In this document: positions 29,384 through 38,925 of the stretch, one piece after another
Position numbering within the stretch: position 1 is the first letter of the stretch
How the letters are laid out: every line of letters begins with the position of its first letter
Origin: an uncultured delta proteobacterium
Lineage (GTDB): Bacteria; Myxococcota; B64-G9
DNA length: 64,000 bases
Direction of reading: 5' to 3'
Assembly (NCBI GenBank): GCA_963754925.1
Contig: CAVWHX010000004.1
Location: 352,001-416,000 of the forward strand
The notes under the pieces: generated by a model
Seen by the model: the letters and a program-made list of their open reading frames with translations, nothing else
Database searches by the model: none
What the model was told of the DNA's origin: nothing
Program-made: the position numbers and the translations under genes

Positions 29384-32300
29384 CTACTGCTGACGCCTGA
29401 GGACGGTGCCGCCCCACCCCACGGCCCATACATCGTTGGCGCTGCTACCCCAGACACCGTTGATGACGTTCGTCGTGCCGCTGGCCTCGGCTACCCAGGC
29501 GCTGCCGTTCCAATGCAGGATGCCGCCGAAGTTGCCCACGGCATATATATCGCCGGTTGCGCTCCCCCAAATGCTTGTGAGAGAATCGGACGTAACGCCA
29601 ACCGTACTTAACCATCCCCCTCCGTTGTAATGTATGAGGGTGCCGCTGGATGCATCGGACACTCCCACGGTCCATACATCGCTGGTCCCGCTTCCCCAGA
29701 TGCTGAAGAGCGGATTTGTATTACCGCTGGTAACGCTCGACCAACCCGAACCGTTCCAGTGGAGGGCGGTACCCATGTAGCCCACGGCCCATACATCGCT
29801 AGTTCCGCTCCCCCAGACACCCAGGAGGATTTGGGTCGTGCCGCTGGCTACGGCCGACCAGCTAGTGCCGGTCCAATGTATAATGGTGCCCTCGTCTCCA
29901 ACGGCCCAGACATCGCTCGGCCCGCTCCCCCAGATACCAACGAGAGCATCTGTCGCGCCGCTCGTTATACTAGTCCAAACGTTTCCATCCCAGTGGAGGG
30001 TAGTACCTTGGTCACCCACGACCCATACATTGTTGGTCGCAGTTCCCCAGATGCCATAGAGGTCGTTCGCCGTACCGCTGGCCACACTGGTCCAGTCGGT
30101 CGCGTCCCGATGCAGGATTGTTCCGCCCCATCCCACGGCCCAGATATCGGTCGGCCCACTACCCCAAACGGCGGAGAGGACGGGATTCGCGCTGGCGCTC
30201 ATGTCGGTCCAGGAGGTGCCGTCCCAGTGTGCGATGGCGCCTTCTTCCCCCACGGCCCAGACATTATTAGACGCGCTCCCCCAAAAGCTTAAGAGCACGC
30301 TTGTCGTGCCGGTGCTCACACTAGACCACGAGGCTCCAGACCCGTGTAAAACAGCGCCGCCTGATCCTCCTAAGTCTTCACCGGCCCAAACATCGCCGGC
30401 CCCGATTCCCCAGACACCGTAAAGGTCGTTCGTCGTGCTGGTTATATTGGTCCAGGCGCTACCGTTCCAATATACGACGGTACCAAGGAGGCCCACCGCC
30501 AACACATCAGTGGCCCCGCTGCCCCAGACGCTGGTAAGAGTGTTCGTGGTGCCACTCATGACACTGGTCCAAACGCTGCCGTTCCAGTGTACGATGGTGC
30601 CCATTTCTCCCACGGCCCAGACATCGTTGGCTGCGCTTCCCCAAACGCCCAAGAGAGAATCCATGGTACCGGTGTTGGCCACGCTAACACAGGCGCTGCC
30701 GCCGCAGTTTACAATGGTGCCATCGTAGCCCACCGCCCAAACATTGCCGGGTCCGCTCCCCCAGACGCTGACCAGCCCGCTCGTCGTGCCGCTGGTCACA
30801 CTCGCCCAGGCGCTCCCGGTCCAGTGTAGTATGATGCCCTCCGCTCCTACGGCCCAGACATCGCTGGCTCCGCTCCCCCAAACACCATGGAGTCTTTCCG
30901 TTGTACCGCTGGCCACCGTGGACCAGGCGCTGCCGGTCGAATGCAAGATGGTTCCGTTGTCTCCCACTGCCCAGACATCGGTGGCGCTGCTGCCCCAAAC
31001 ACCGTAGAAATCGTTTCCTTGCGGTAGCGGATTGTCCCAACACCAATTGTCGCTGCTGCAGATTATCGCGTTGGCCGTGAAGTTCTGACCGGTTACACTC
31101 GCATTGTTTATAGTGACCGTTCGCGTTCTCGGCGAAAACGTGTAACCGCTTTTGCTCGGTATCACCGTGTAACTGCCATTGTAAAGTCCGCTAAAAGAAT
31201 AGGCACCGTTTACATCCGTGGTCGCGCTGGCCGTCGCCGCACCGCTGAGCGATATGCTAATGCCCTGGACGAGCGCGCCACTCACCGTTCCAGAGATGCT
31301 GTAGGTCGCCACGCTTGAAATGAAGTTCTGCCCCGGCACGTTCGCGTAGTTCACCGTAATAGGGATATTCACCGGCGCAAACGTATAACCGAGTAAGCTC
31401 GGTGTCACGGTGTAGCTACCGTTATCAAGACCGCCAAAGGAGTATGCACCCGTTGCGTCCGTGGTCGTGGTCGCGGTCGCAGTTCCGCTCAGTGAAAGCG
31501 TAACGCCCGAGGCGATTGCGCCACTCACCGTTCCGGAGATGGTGTACGTCAACTTGGTCGCCACGAAGTTCTCGTTTGACATATTCGCATAGAGCACCGT
31601 CACATCGATGCTCACCGGCGCAAACGAGTAACCGAGCAAGCTCGGTGTCACCGTATACGTGCCGTTATCAAGGTCGCTAAAGGTATACGCACCGTTTGTG
31701 TCCGTGGTCGTGGTCGCAGTCGCAGCTCCGCTCAGTGAGACCGTTACGCCTGCGGCAACTGCTCCGCTTACTGTTCCGGAGATGCTGTACAGTATCTTGG
31801 TCGCCACGAAGTTCTCGTTCGGTATGTTCGCGTAGTTCACCGTAACCGGGATATTCACCGGCGCAAACGAGTAACCGTTTAGGCTCGGTGTTACCGTGTA
31901 TGTGCCATTAGCAAGGCCGCTAAAGGAGTATGCACCAAGTGCGTCCGTGGTCGTGGTTGCGGTCGCAGTTCCGCTCAGCGAAACCGTTACGCCTGCGGCA
32001 ACTGCTCCGCTTACTGTTCCGGAGATGGTGTACGTCAACTTGGTCGCCACGAAGTTCTCGTTCGACATATTCGCATAGAGCACCGTCACATTGATGCTCA
32101 CCGGCGCAAACGAGTAACCGTTGAGGCTCGGTGTTACCGTGTACGCGCCATTAGCAAGACCGCTAAAGGTATACGCCCCGTTCGCGTCCGTGGTCGTGGT
32201 CGCAGTCGCAGTCCCGCTCAGCGAAACCGTTACGCCTGCGGCAACTGCTCCGCTTACTGTTCCGGAGATGCTGTACAGTATCTTGGTCGCCACGAAGTTC

Positions 32301-34303
32301 TGGTTCGGCATGTTCGCGTAGTTCACCGTAACCGGGATATTCACCGGCGCAAACGAGTAACCGATGAGGCTCGGTGTTACCGTGTACGCGCCATTAGCAA
32401 GGCCGCTGAACGTATATGCACCGGTTCCATCCGTGGTCGTAGTTGCCGTCGCAGTTCCGCTCAGCGAAACCGTTACGCCTGCGGCAACCGCTCCGCTTAC
32501 CGTTCCGGAGATGCTGTACGTCAACTTGGTCGCCACGAAGTTCTGGTTCGGCACGTTCGCGTAGTTCACCGTAACCGGGATATTCACCGGCGCAAACGAG
32601 TAACCGATGAGGCTCGGTGTTACCGTGTATGTGCCATTAGCAAGACCGCTGAACGTATATGCGCCGGTTCCATCCGTGGTCGTAGTTGCCGTCGCAGTCC
32701 CGCTCAGCGAAACCGTTACGCCTGCGGTAATCGCTCCGCTTACTGTTCCGGAGATGCTGTACGTCAACTTGGTCGCTACGAAGCTCTGGTTCGGCATGTT
32801 CGCACCGGCGATGGAGACATTAATACTCGATGGCGTAAACACGTAACCCGCCAGGCTCGGCGTCACGGTGTATGTACCGTTTGCGAGGCCGCTGAAGGTG
32901 TATGCACCACTTCCATCTGTGACCACAGTGCCGGTCGCCGTACCGCTGAGTGATACGGTAACGCCGCCCACCGCAGCGCCGCTTACGTTCCCGGAGATAC
33001 TATAGGTGTTTATTACGATGCTCGACGTGAAGTCTTTCCCCGTTACATCCGCACCGTTTACGGGGACAGTAAGACTCGATGGCGTAAACACGTAACCCGC
33101 CAGGCTCGGCATCACGGTGTAGCTACCGTTATCAAGACCGCTAAAGGTGTAGGCACCTGTTCCATCCGTTATCGTAGTGGCTGCCGCTGTACCGCTGAGC
33201 GATACGGTTACCCCAGCGGCGACGGCACCACTTACGGTTCCAGAAATGCTGTACACTATCTTGGTTGCTGTAAAGTTTTGATTCGGCATGCTCGAACCAC
33301 TTATGACAACAGGGATGCTCGCCGGTGTAAACGTGTAACCAGCCAGGCTCGGTGTCACCGTGTAGCTGCCGTTATCAAGACCACTAAAGGTGTACGCACC
33401 AGTTCCATCCGTCGTCGCACTGGCTGTCGCCGTACCGCTGAGCGATATGGTTACGCCGGCGGCGACGGCACCACCTACGGTTCCAGAAATGCTGTACCGT
33501 ATCTTGGTCGCTACAAAGTTCTCTCCCGGCATATTCGCACCGTTTATGACAACAGGGATGCTCGCCGGTGTAAGTGTATAACCAGCCAAGCTCGGCAATA
33601 CGGTATAACTGCCGTTATCAAGACCACTAAAGGTGTACGCACCAGTTCCATCTGTGGTCGTGGTTAGTATCTTCGGCCCGCCGGTGAGTACAATCGTAAC
33701 GCCTCCGGCTATATCTCCACTCACTGTTCCAGAGATACTGTAGCTCAACTGGGTCGCTATGAAGTTCTGCGCCGTGATATTCGCACCACTCACGACAACA
33801 GAAATACTCGCCGGCGCAAACGTGTAACCCGTCATGTTCGGCGTCACCGTATAGCTGCCGTTTACGAGACCAGTAAAGGCGTAGGCGCCCATTCCATCCG
33901 TCGTCGTAGTCGCTGTCGCTGCGCCACTAAGCGATAAAGTAACGCCCGCCGTCAAGCCGCCACTCACGGTCCCAGAGATACTGTAGCCATTGCCCATAAT
34001 CGTCGCGGCGAAATCTTGTCCGGTTACGTTGCTCCCACTAACGTTGACGGTATGGTCAGCCGGAGTTAACCCATAGCCGCTCTTATTCGGAGTTACCGTG
34101 TACTTGCCATTTGATAGGCCTCTAAAAGTATAAACGCCGGTTGCGTCTGTAAATGTGGTGGACGATTCCGCTCCCGAGAGCAGAACGGTGACGCCTGCTA
34201 CGGCGTCGCCGGTCACCTGACCAGAAATACTGTAGCAACCTGTCATGACGGAAATAAGAGAAAAAACCAATAACATCAATGCGTAATTCGTCTTAGATAC
34301 CAT
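29384..34303 (-). CDS. Giant surface lipoprotein: 13 ~81-aa beta-sandwich (carboxypeptidase-regulatory/CnaB-like) repeats plus 14 WGS..DVWAVG propeller blades
   Basis: AGGAGG RBS, signal ending ISVMTGC; 13 Y(S/T)ISG repeats; 14 ~39-aa Trp-rich repeats. Confidence 0.85.
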   Translation of the reverse strand: MVSKTNYALMLLVFSLISVMTGCYSISGQVTGDAVAGVTVLLSGAESSTTFTDATGVYTFRGLSNGKYTVTPNKSGYGLTPADHTVNVSGSNVTGQDFAATIMGNGYSISGTVSGGLTAGVTLSLSGAATATTTTDGMGAYAFTGLVNGSYTVTPNMTGYTFAPASISVVVSGANITAQNFIATQLSYSISGTVSGDIAGGVTIVLTGGPKILTTTTDGTGAYTFSGLDNGSYTVLPSLAGYTLTPASIPVVINGANMPGENFVATKIRYSISGTVGGAVAAGVTISLSGTATASATTDGTGAYTFSGLDNGSYTVTPSLAGYTFTPASIPVVISGSSMPNQNFTATKIVYSISGTVSGAVAAGVTVSLSGTAAATTITDGTGAYTFSGLDNGSYTVMPSLAGYVFTPSSLTVPVNGADVTGKDFTSSIVINTYSISGNVSGAAVGGVTVSLSGTATGTVVTDGSGAYTFSGLANGTYTVTPSLAGYVFTPSSINVSIAGANMPNQSFVATKLTYSISGTVSGAITAGVTVSLSGTATATTTTDGTGAYTFSGLANGTYTVTPSLIGYSFAPVNIPVTVNYANVPNQNFVATKLTYSISGTVSGAVAAGVTVSLSGTATATTTTDGTGAYTFSGLANGAYTVTPSLIGYSFAPVNIPVTVNYANMPNQNFVATKILYSISGTVSGAVAAGVTVSLSGTATATTTTDANGAYTFSGLANGAYTVTPSLNGYSFAPVSINVTVLYANMSNENFVATKLTYTISGTVSGAVAAGVTVSLSGTATATTTTDALGAYSFSGLANGTYTVTPSLNGYSFAPVNIPVTVNYANIPNENFVATKILYSISGTVSGAVAAGVTVSLSGAATATTTTDTNGAYTFSDLDNGTYTVTPSLLGYSFAPVSIDVTVLYANMSNENFVATKLTYTISGTVSGAIASGVTLSLSGTATATTTTDATGAYSFGGLDNGSYTVTPSLLGYTFAPVNIPITVNYANVPGQNFISSVATYSISGTVSGALVQGISISLSGAATASATTDVNGAYSFSGLYNGSYTVIPSKSGYTFSPRTRTVTINNASVTGQNFTANAIICSSDNWCWDNPLPQGNDFYGVWGSSATDVWAVGDNGTILHSTGSAWSTVASGTTERLHGVWGSGASDVWAVGAEGIILHWTGSAWASVTSGTTSGLVSVWGSGPGNVWAVGYDGTIVNCGGSACVSVANTGTMDSLLGVWGSAANDVWAVGEMGTIVHWNGSVWTSVMSGTTNTLTSVWGSGATDVLAVGLLGTVVYWNGSAWTNITSTTNDLYGVWGIGAGDVWAGEDLGGSGGAVLHGSGASWSSVSTGTTSVLLSFWGSASNNVWAVGEEGAIAHWDGTSWTDMSASANPVLSAVWGSGPTDIWAVGWGGTILHRDATDWTSVASGTANDLYGIWGTATNNVWVVGDQGTTLHWDGNVWTSITSGATDALVGIWGSGPSDVWAVGDEGTIIHWTGTSWSAVASGTTQILLGVWGSGTSDVWAVGYMGTALHWNGSGWSSVTSGNTNPLFSIWGSGTSDVWTVGVSDASSGTLIHYNGGGWLSTVGVTSDSLTSIWGSATGDIYAVGNFGGILHWNGSAWVAEASGTTNVINGVWGSSANDVWAVGWGGTVLRRQQ
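31070..34234 (-). repeat. Tandem ~243-bp coding repeats (13 units; near-identical in ~31320-32780)
   Basis: Recurrent blocks spaced 243 bp (e.g. 32121/32364/32607); 486-bp higher-order unit (31796 vs 32282). Confidence 0.95.
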
Positions 34304-34628
34304 GAAGGTCCTCCTTAGGGGAACCACATCAATTGCCTGTATGGCTATGGAATTTGCAGGAAACGATAAAAAAGACTATCCGTCACCGTGTTACTCTCAT
34401 AACTGATAGTTCACGAAACATCACTACTTCTTTTGTTGCAGTGAAAATACTAGATAAGAAAAAATTGTCAAGAGAAATAAATAGAGTGAAAAAAATAAGT
34501 AACTGACAAGCCAAGTTATACGAGTCTCGGCTGAAACCGAAGAACAGAAATATCATAAAATACCAGCATTTATAAAAGAATCGGAACTGATAGTTTAAGA
34601 TATTTTTTTAGGTTATAAACTCATTCTT

Positions 34629-34671
34629 TTGGCAACCTGTACTTGCCAACCATATCCTGGTTTGTTAAACT
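34629..34671 (+). promoter_or_regulatory. Sigma70-like promoter overlapped by a dyad operator
   Basis: TTGCCA-N17-TAAACT; perfect dyad TTGGCAA-N7-TTGCCAA (34629-34649) covers the -35. Confidence 0.5.
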
Positions 34672-34717
34672 GACGTTGAAAACCCTCAGGGGTTATTAAC
34701 TAATTGAAGGAATTCGC

Positions 34718-35818
34718 GTGGCGTTACCGAAGAAGTCCCAAATCGAATTAGGTTTCAACCACAATATAAAGTACAAAGGGAAGATCTTTCATGTTCAGAC
34801 CGAAGACAGCGGGGTAAGTAATCCTCATATAACCACACACCTGTTTGAAGGCGGCAATATCTTAGCGACTAAAAAAACATCCTATGCCGACATTATTCAA
34901 GCAGAAAATCTTCCCGATATCGTGCGTGAACTGATGCAAGAGCAGCACAAGGCAATGTTAAGAAACCTAATCAACGGGGCCTACGATGGCATGGGAGTCA
35001 TCGCAGAGTCTGAGGCAAGACAACCATCGATGGTTCCATCAGCACCATCACCTCCCCCGTCACCGCCAACACAAAAACCACCGATACGCGGACCGGTACC
35101 AATCCCATCCGTGCCTGGACCGCTGCCCAAGCTGCCTCCTTCATATACGAGGCAACCGGCCTATAACGCGGCGCCCCCCTTAGCTGCTGTTCAACCTAAC
35201 CCCTCAAAGGGCACGTATTCTCCGATCGCAACCGAATCTTTGAGACCACCGGGAAGCCCGGAACAGACGCCAGCGCGGACGGCGGCTTCCGCACCACCCA
35301 AACAACCGAGTCCCTCCGCCTACTCACTGGTGGCTGGAGCGGCTGCAACATTAAAGGAAACCGTTCATCTCACTCCCTTGGCGGTAAGCGTGCCGGGAGC
35401 GCCGAGGCCAACAACAACCCCGCCCGTCCAACCAGCGCTCGCGAGCGGAAAATTCCCTCTGCCGAGCAAACCGCTTACCCCTTCAACCCATTCGCCTGAT
35501 GCGCATGCGGCACCCATTCAAGCAACGGCTCGGCCCATCCAACCCCCACCCTTACCCGGGAACATCTCGCCAGCGCCGCTTCCACAAACGGTGAAGGGTA
35601 CGATACGGCAGGATGGTGAACAGCAACGCGCCGCTGCAGCCACCAACGACGATTTGAGCATTCCGCCAGAGGTATTGGTCGCACGACGAATGGTTGATAA
35701 ACCAATACTGAAGGACACCTCGGGGCCAACCATCTTCGGCGAAGACCTCGTTACTGAAAAAAGCCTCGACGACGTGATTTTATCGTATCTGTCTGGTGAG
35801 GGGGATAAATCCAAGTAA
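34718..35818 (+). CDS. Conserved myxobacterial-type hypothetical protein with Pro-rich disordered linker
   Basis: N-domain GFNHNIKYKGKIFHVQTEDSG, long P/A/S-rich middle, C-terminal FGEDL..EKSLDDVILSYL. Confidence 0.8.
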   Translation: MALPKKSQIELGFNHNIKYKGKIFHVQTEDSGVSNPHITTHLFEGGNILATKKTSYADIIQAENLPDIVRELMQEQHKAMLRNLINGAYDGMGVIAESEARQPSMVPSAPSPPPSPPTQKPPIRGPVPIPSVPGPLPKLPPSYTRQPAYNAAPPLAAVQPNPSKGTYSPIATESLRPPGSPEQTPARTAASAPPKQPSPSAYSLVAGAAATLKETVHLTPLAVSVPGAPRPTTTPPVQPALASGKFPLPSKPLTPSTHSPDAHAAPIQATARPIQPPPLPGNISPAPLPQTVKGTIRQDGEQQRAAAATNDDLSIPPEVLVARRMVDKPILKDTSGPTIFGEDLVTEKSLDDVILSYLSGEGDKSK

Positions 35819-35858
35819 TCAGTCTTGTCCCCTGAGATCTTTTGAGGCCGCCTAATCT

Positions 35859-36535
35859 ATGATCCAAATGTACCACGTCAACTTGCATTACGGCTCCGCT
35901 AAACCGGTACTGAATGACATTACCTTACGCATTGCCAAGGCTGACTTTGTTTTTGTTACGGGACCTTCCGGGGCGGGTAAAACCAGCCTACTGCGTCTGC
36001 TTTTTTTGGCCGAACATTGTCAATCCGGTCAGATCATGCTCTTTGGCCAAAACGTGGCCCGAATTAAGAACCAAGAGATACCGGCCTTTCGTCGCCGCAT
36101 CGGGGTCGTTTTTCAAGATTTCAAGTTGCTGCTATCACGCACCGTCGGGGAAAACTTAGCGATACGATTAGAAGTGTTAGGCTGGCCGCGGCGCCGGATT
36201 CAGCGCAAGGTGGTAGAGCAGCTCGATCTCATCGGCCTTGCCCATAAAGCGCACGAATTGCCGATCAAGCTTTCCGGCGGCGAACAGCAGCGCGTGGCCA
36301 TCGCCCGAGCACTGGTTAACGATCCCCCATCTTGCTCGCCGACGAGCCCACCGGCAACCTTGATGCAGAGCTCAGCGCACAGATTTACGATTTGCTGGCG
36401 ACTATCAACGCTCGAGGAACAACGGTGGTGGTTGCGACACACGATCGCAACTGGGTGGAACAAACCAATAAAAGAACCATTCAATTAGAACGCGGTCGGG
36501 TGACCGCCGGCGGTATGCCCGATAGTTATACCTGA
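35859..36535 (+). CDS. ftsE: Cell-division ABC ATPase FtsE (frameshift in C5 run at 36324-36328)
   Basis: GPSGAGKT, GVVFQDFKLL, LSGGEQQRVAIARA; LADEPTGNLD and ATHD in the second frame. Confidence 0.88.
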
Positions 36536-36721
36536 ACAGCCAGGGTGCGCTGCCCCCGATACTTCCCCTCAGATCGTTCCAATTGTGTCGTGTTATAAAC
36601 ACCACTAGCCGCGAACCCACGATAGCTTGTCCTGCAAACACACGCTTTACAATGCTCGCTGGGTACGGTATGGTACCACCCAAGGAAAAACCTATTTATT
36701 AATTTTAAGGAGGAATCGAGA

Positions 36722-37321
36722 ATGAACGCTCAGAAAATCGCCGGATTGCTCTTCGCAGGATGGGCGATGGTAGCGCTGTCTGCCTGCGGCTTTAAGTACT
36801 ACAAGGCCGACTCACAACCGACGTCTCCCTCGAGTGACATCAAGAACTCACCAGAGTTCAAGGTCAGACCAATTTCATACGCCAAGGTCTCTTACAAGGA
36901 TCTCGGTTACGAGTCGGAAGCCAAGATGAAAGAGGAGTTTGTCAACTTCGCCCCAGATTTTGTATCCAATTTTAATGGTATGTGGAAGACCGAAGGCGTT
37001 CCGGAAAAGAAGGTCACGATGGTCGGCGCCACGGATGAAGTCACGGAGGGCATTCTGGTGGAGACCGAGGTTGACCGGATCCAACTGAACTGGAACGCTT
37101 TTAGCGGTACGCCCGATGATTTCTTTGTCACCATCACGTTTACCGACGCAGCTAAAAAGGCCCAGCTCTACACCGGCAAGTTCCAGGTTAAAAATAGCGC
37201 ATGGACTCTTGGCTGGGCTGGGATGAGTTTTGGCAACCGACTCAACTACGGTGCCTACAACATTGATTGGCTTTTGGTCAAGATCATGTCTAACGGCATT
37301 GCAACTCCGACAGAATATTAG
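36722..37321 (+). CDS. Hypothetical lipoprotein
   Basis: AAGGAGG RBS, lipobox LSAC; TTTACA-N17-TATGGT upstream. Confidence 0.75.
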   Translation: MNAQKIAGLLFAGWAMVALSACGFKYYKADSQPTSPSSDIKNSPEFKVRPISYAKVSYKDLGYESEAKMKEEFVNFAPDFVSNFNGMWKTEGVPEKKVTMVGATDEVTEGILVETEVDRIQLNWNAFSGTPDDFFVTITFTDAAKKAQLYTGKFQVKNSAWTLGWAGMSFGNRLNYGAYNIDWLLVKIMSNGIATPTEY

Positions 37322-37404
37322 GATGCATCGGCAAACCGTTTGTTCATACGATGAGTGATTCGTGGTCCAGCCGTAGGGATCCATGAACCCACTTGCGCGA
37401 GGAC

Positions 37405-38925
37405 TCAGTTACGATCGACCTGCCGTATCTTGAGGTAGAGGATAACGGCCAAATAAACCATGATGGCGATAGCCACGGCCAACCCCTTGCGCCTGAATGA
37501 GAATTCCGCGTCAGCGGCTTTGACCAGCTCGTCGGCCTTGGTCATCGCCGCGAGGCCTGGCGCCGCGGCCTGCTGGAAGTCACTCAGATCAAAGGCGTGG
37601 ATCCGCGAGCGAGACTGGCGTAGAGAATCTTCCAGCTCCGCCACCGACTGGGCCAACGGTTCTGCGTCGAGGCCGTCTTCGGCCACGGCAACAGCCTTGG
37701 GCGTATAACGGGCCACGCCGGCCGCCAGCTCGTTGATGGTCGTACGAAACGCGGCCGAAGTGGCGCTGCAGGTGGCATTTTGTCGGGCGAACGTGCTGTG
37801 ACAGCCCTCGCACAAAGTGCCCGGTGTGTCACCGATCCAGCTGTCTTGGGGTTTCTGGACAGCGTGATGGCCGTGACATTGGCTGCACTCAGGCCAATCA
37901 TGCTGTCGAAAGGCCAGCTTGTGCTTGCTGCCGTCGAACAGTGCACCGTTTGCCACGTGACAGGTCCGGCAAACCTGAGCGATGCTGGCGATTTGCGGCG
38001 GCATGGCGGCATGGTTGCCATGGCAGCTGTTGCACCTCGGTGCGCCCAGATCCCCCCGCTCAAGGAGCGCTTTTCCGTGGACGCTGTCTCTGTAATCGGC
38101 GAATTGATTGGTCGGGAGGGCCTTGCCGTCCGACATTTTGTAACCGGCCATGTACTGGGCGTCGCTGTGGCACTTCGCGCACGTAAAAGGAATCTTTTGA
38201 GGATGAACCCAAGACCCGCGATTTTCGGGTCGCTGGATGTTGTGGACGCCATGGCAACTCGTGCATTGCGCGGCCTTGGAATCCTTTTGCACAAGCAGCA
38301 GCTCGCCGTGCCGGCTGGTCGCGTATTTGGCAAGTTGATCGGTCGGCAGGGCCGGATTGTGTTGTCGCATGAACGCGGGGTCGGCGTGGCAGCGCGCACA
38401 GAACTCGGGGATCCAGGTGCGGCTCGAAGCGCGCACCTCGGCTTTGGGCCAGCGAGCATAGATCGCAGGCACCATGTCGGTGTCAGTGGGGGCACCACCG
38501 TGGCAACCCGAGCAGGACAGGCCTTGGCTGAGGTGCGTGTCCGCCGCGAAGCTGCTGAGGTTCATCTGTTCTGCCGAGCCGTGCTGAGCCGGATCGATCG
38601 AGAACAGGGTTCGCGCTTCCTGGTTGTCGGGGTTGGTGTGGCACAAGACGCAGTTGTCTTGAAGCAACAGCTCGAGGCGATCAGCCGCCAGATTCAAGGA
38701 GAGAAACGCTGTTATCTGTTCAGTGGAGCCGAGCAGGCCGTTGGCCGCAGCGTCATTGAACAGGCTCTTGGCGTGGCTGGGCAAGGCGTCGAATTGTGCC
38801 TGCGCCGGAGCCTCGAGTTTCAAAATAGCACGCAGGCTCGAGTTTGGCACAAAGACGTCGCTATCAGCGTTGGCGCCTCCTGCTACCAGGGTCAGAACCG
38901 CTAGGCCGAGTCCAGCGATGTTCAT
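37405..38925 (-). CDS. Membrane-anchored nonaheme cytochrome c
   Basis: Signal peptide, nine CxxCH motifs, C-terminal TM helix; ATGA overlap with cytochrome b. Confidence 0.9.
   Translation of the reverse strand: MNIAGLGLAVLTLVAGGANADSDVFVPNSSLRAILKLEAPAQAQFDALPSHAKSLFNDAAANGLLGSTEQITAFLSLNLAADRLELLLQDNCVLCHTNPDNQEARTLFSIDPAQHGSAEQMNLSSFAADTHLSQGLSCSGCHGGAPTDTDMVPAIYARWPKAEVRASSRTWIPEFCARCHADPAFMRQHNPALPTDQLAKYATSRHGELLLVQKDSKAAQCTSCHGVHNIQRPENRGSWVHPQKIPFTCAKCHSDAQYMAGYKMSDGKALPTNQFADYRDSVHGKALLERGDLGAPRCNSCHGNHAAMPPQIASIAQVCRTCHVANGALFDGSKHKLAFRQHDWPECSQCHGHHAVQKPQDSWIGDTPGTLCEGCHSTFARQNATCSATSAAFRTTINELAAGVARYTPKAVAVAEDGLDAEPLAQSVAELEDSLRQSRSRIHAFDLSDFQQAAAPGLAAMTKADELVKAADAEFSFRRKGLAVAIAIMVYLAVILYLKIRQVDRN

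Noticed and set aside
29384..34234. Possible CRISPR array from regular repeats
   Set aside because: The repeats are in-frame 243-bp and ~117-bp coding units without unique spacers, and there are no cas genes.
34629..34649. Sigma54 promoter (TGGCA...TTGC)
   Set aside because: GG-to-GC spacing is 12 nt rather than 10; better read as a dyad operator.
37780..38904. 374-aa plus-strand ORF and many similar antisense ORFs in the track
   Set aside because: Shadow ORFs opposite well-supported genes in GC-rich DNA, with no motifs.
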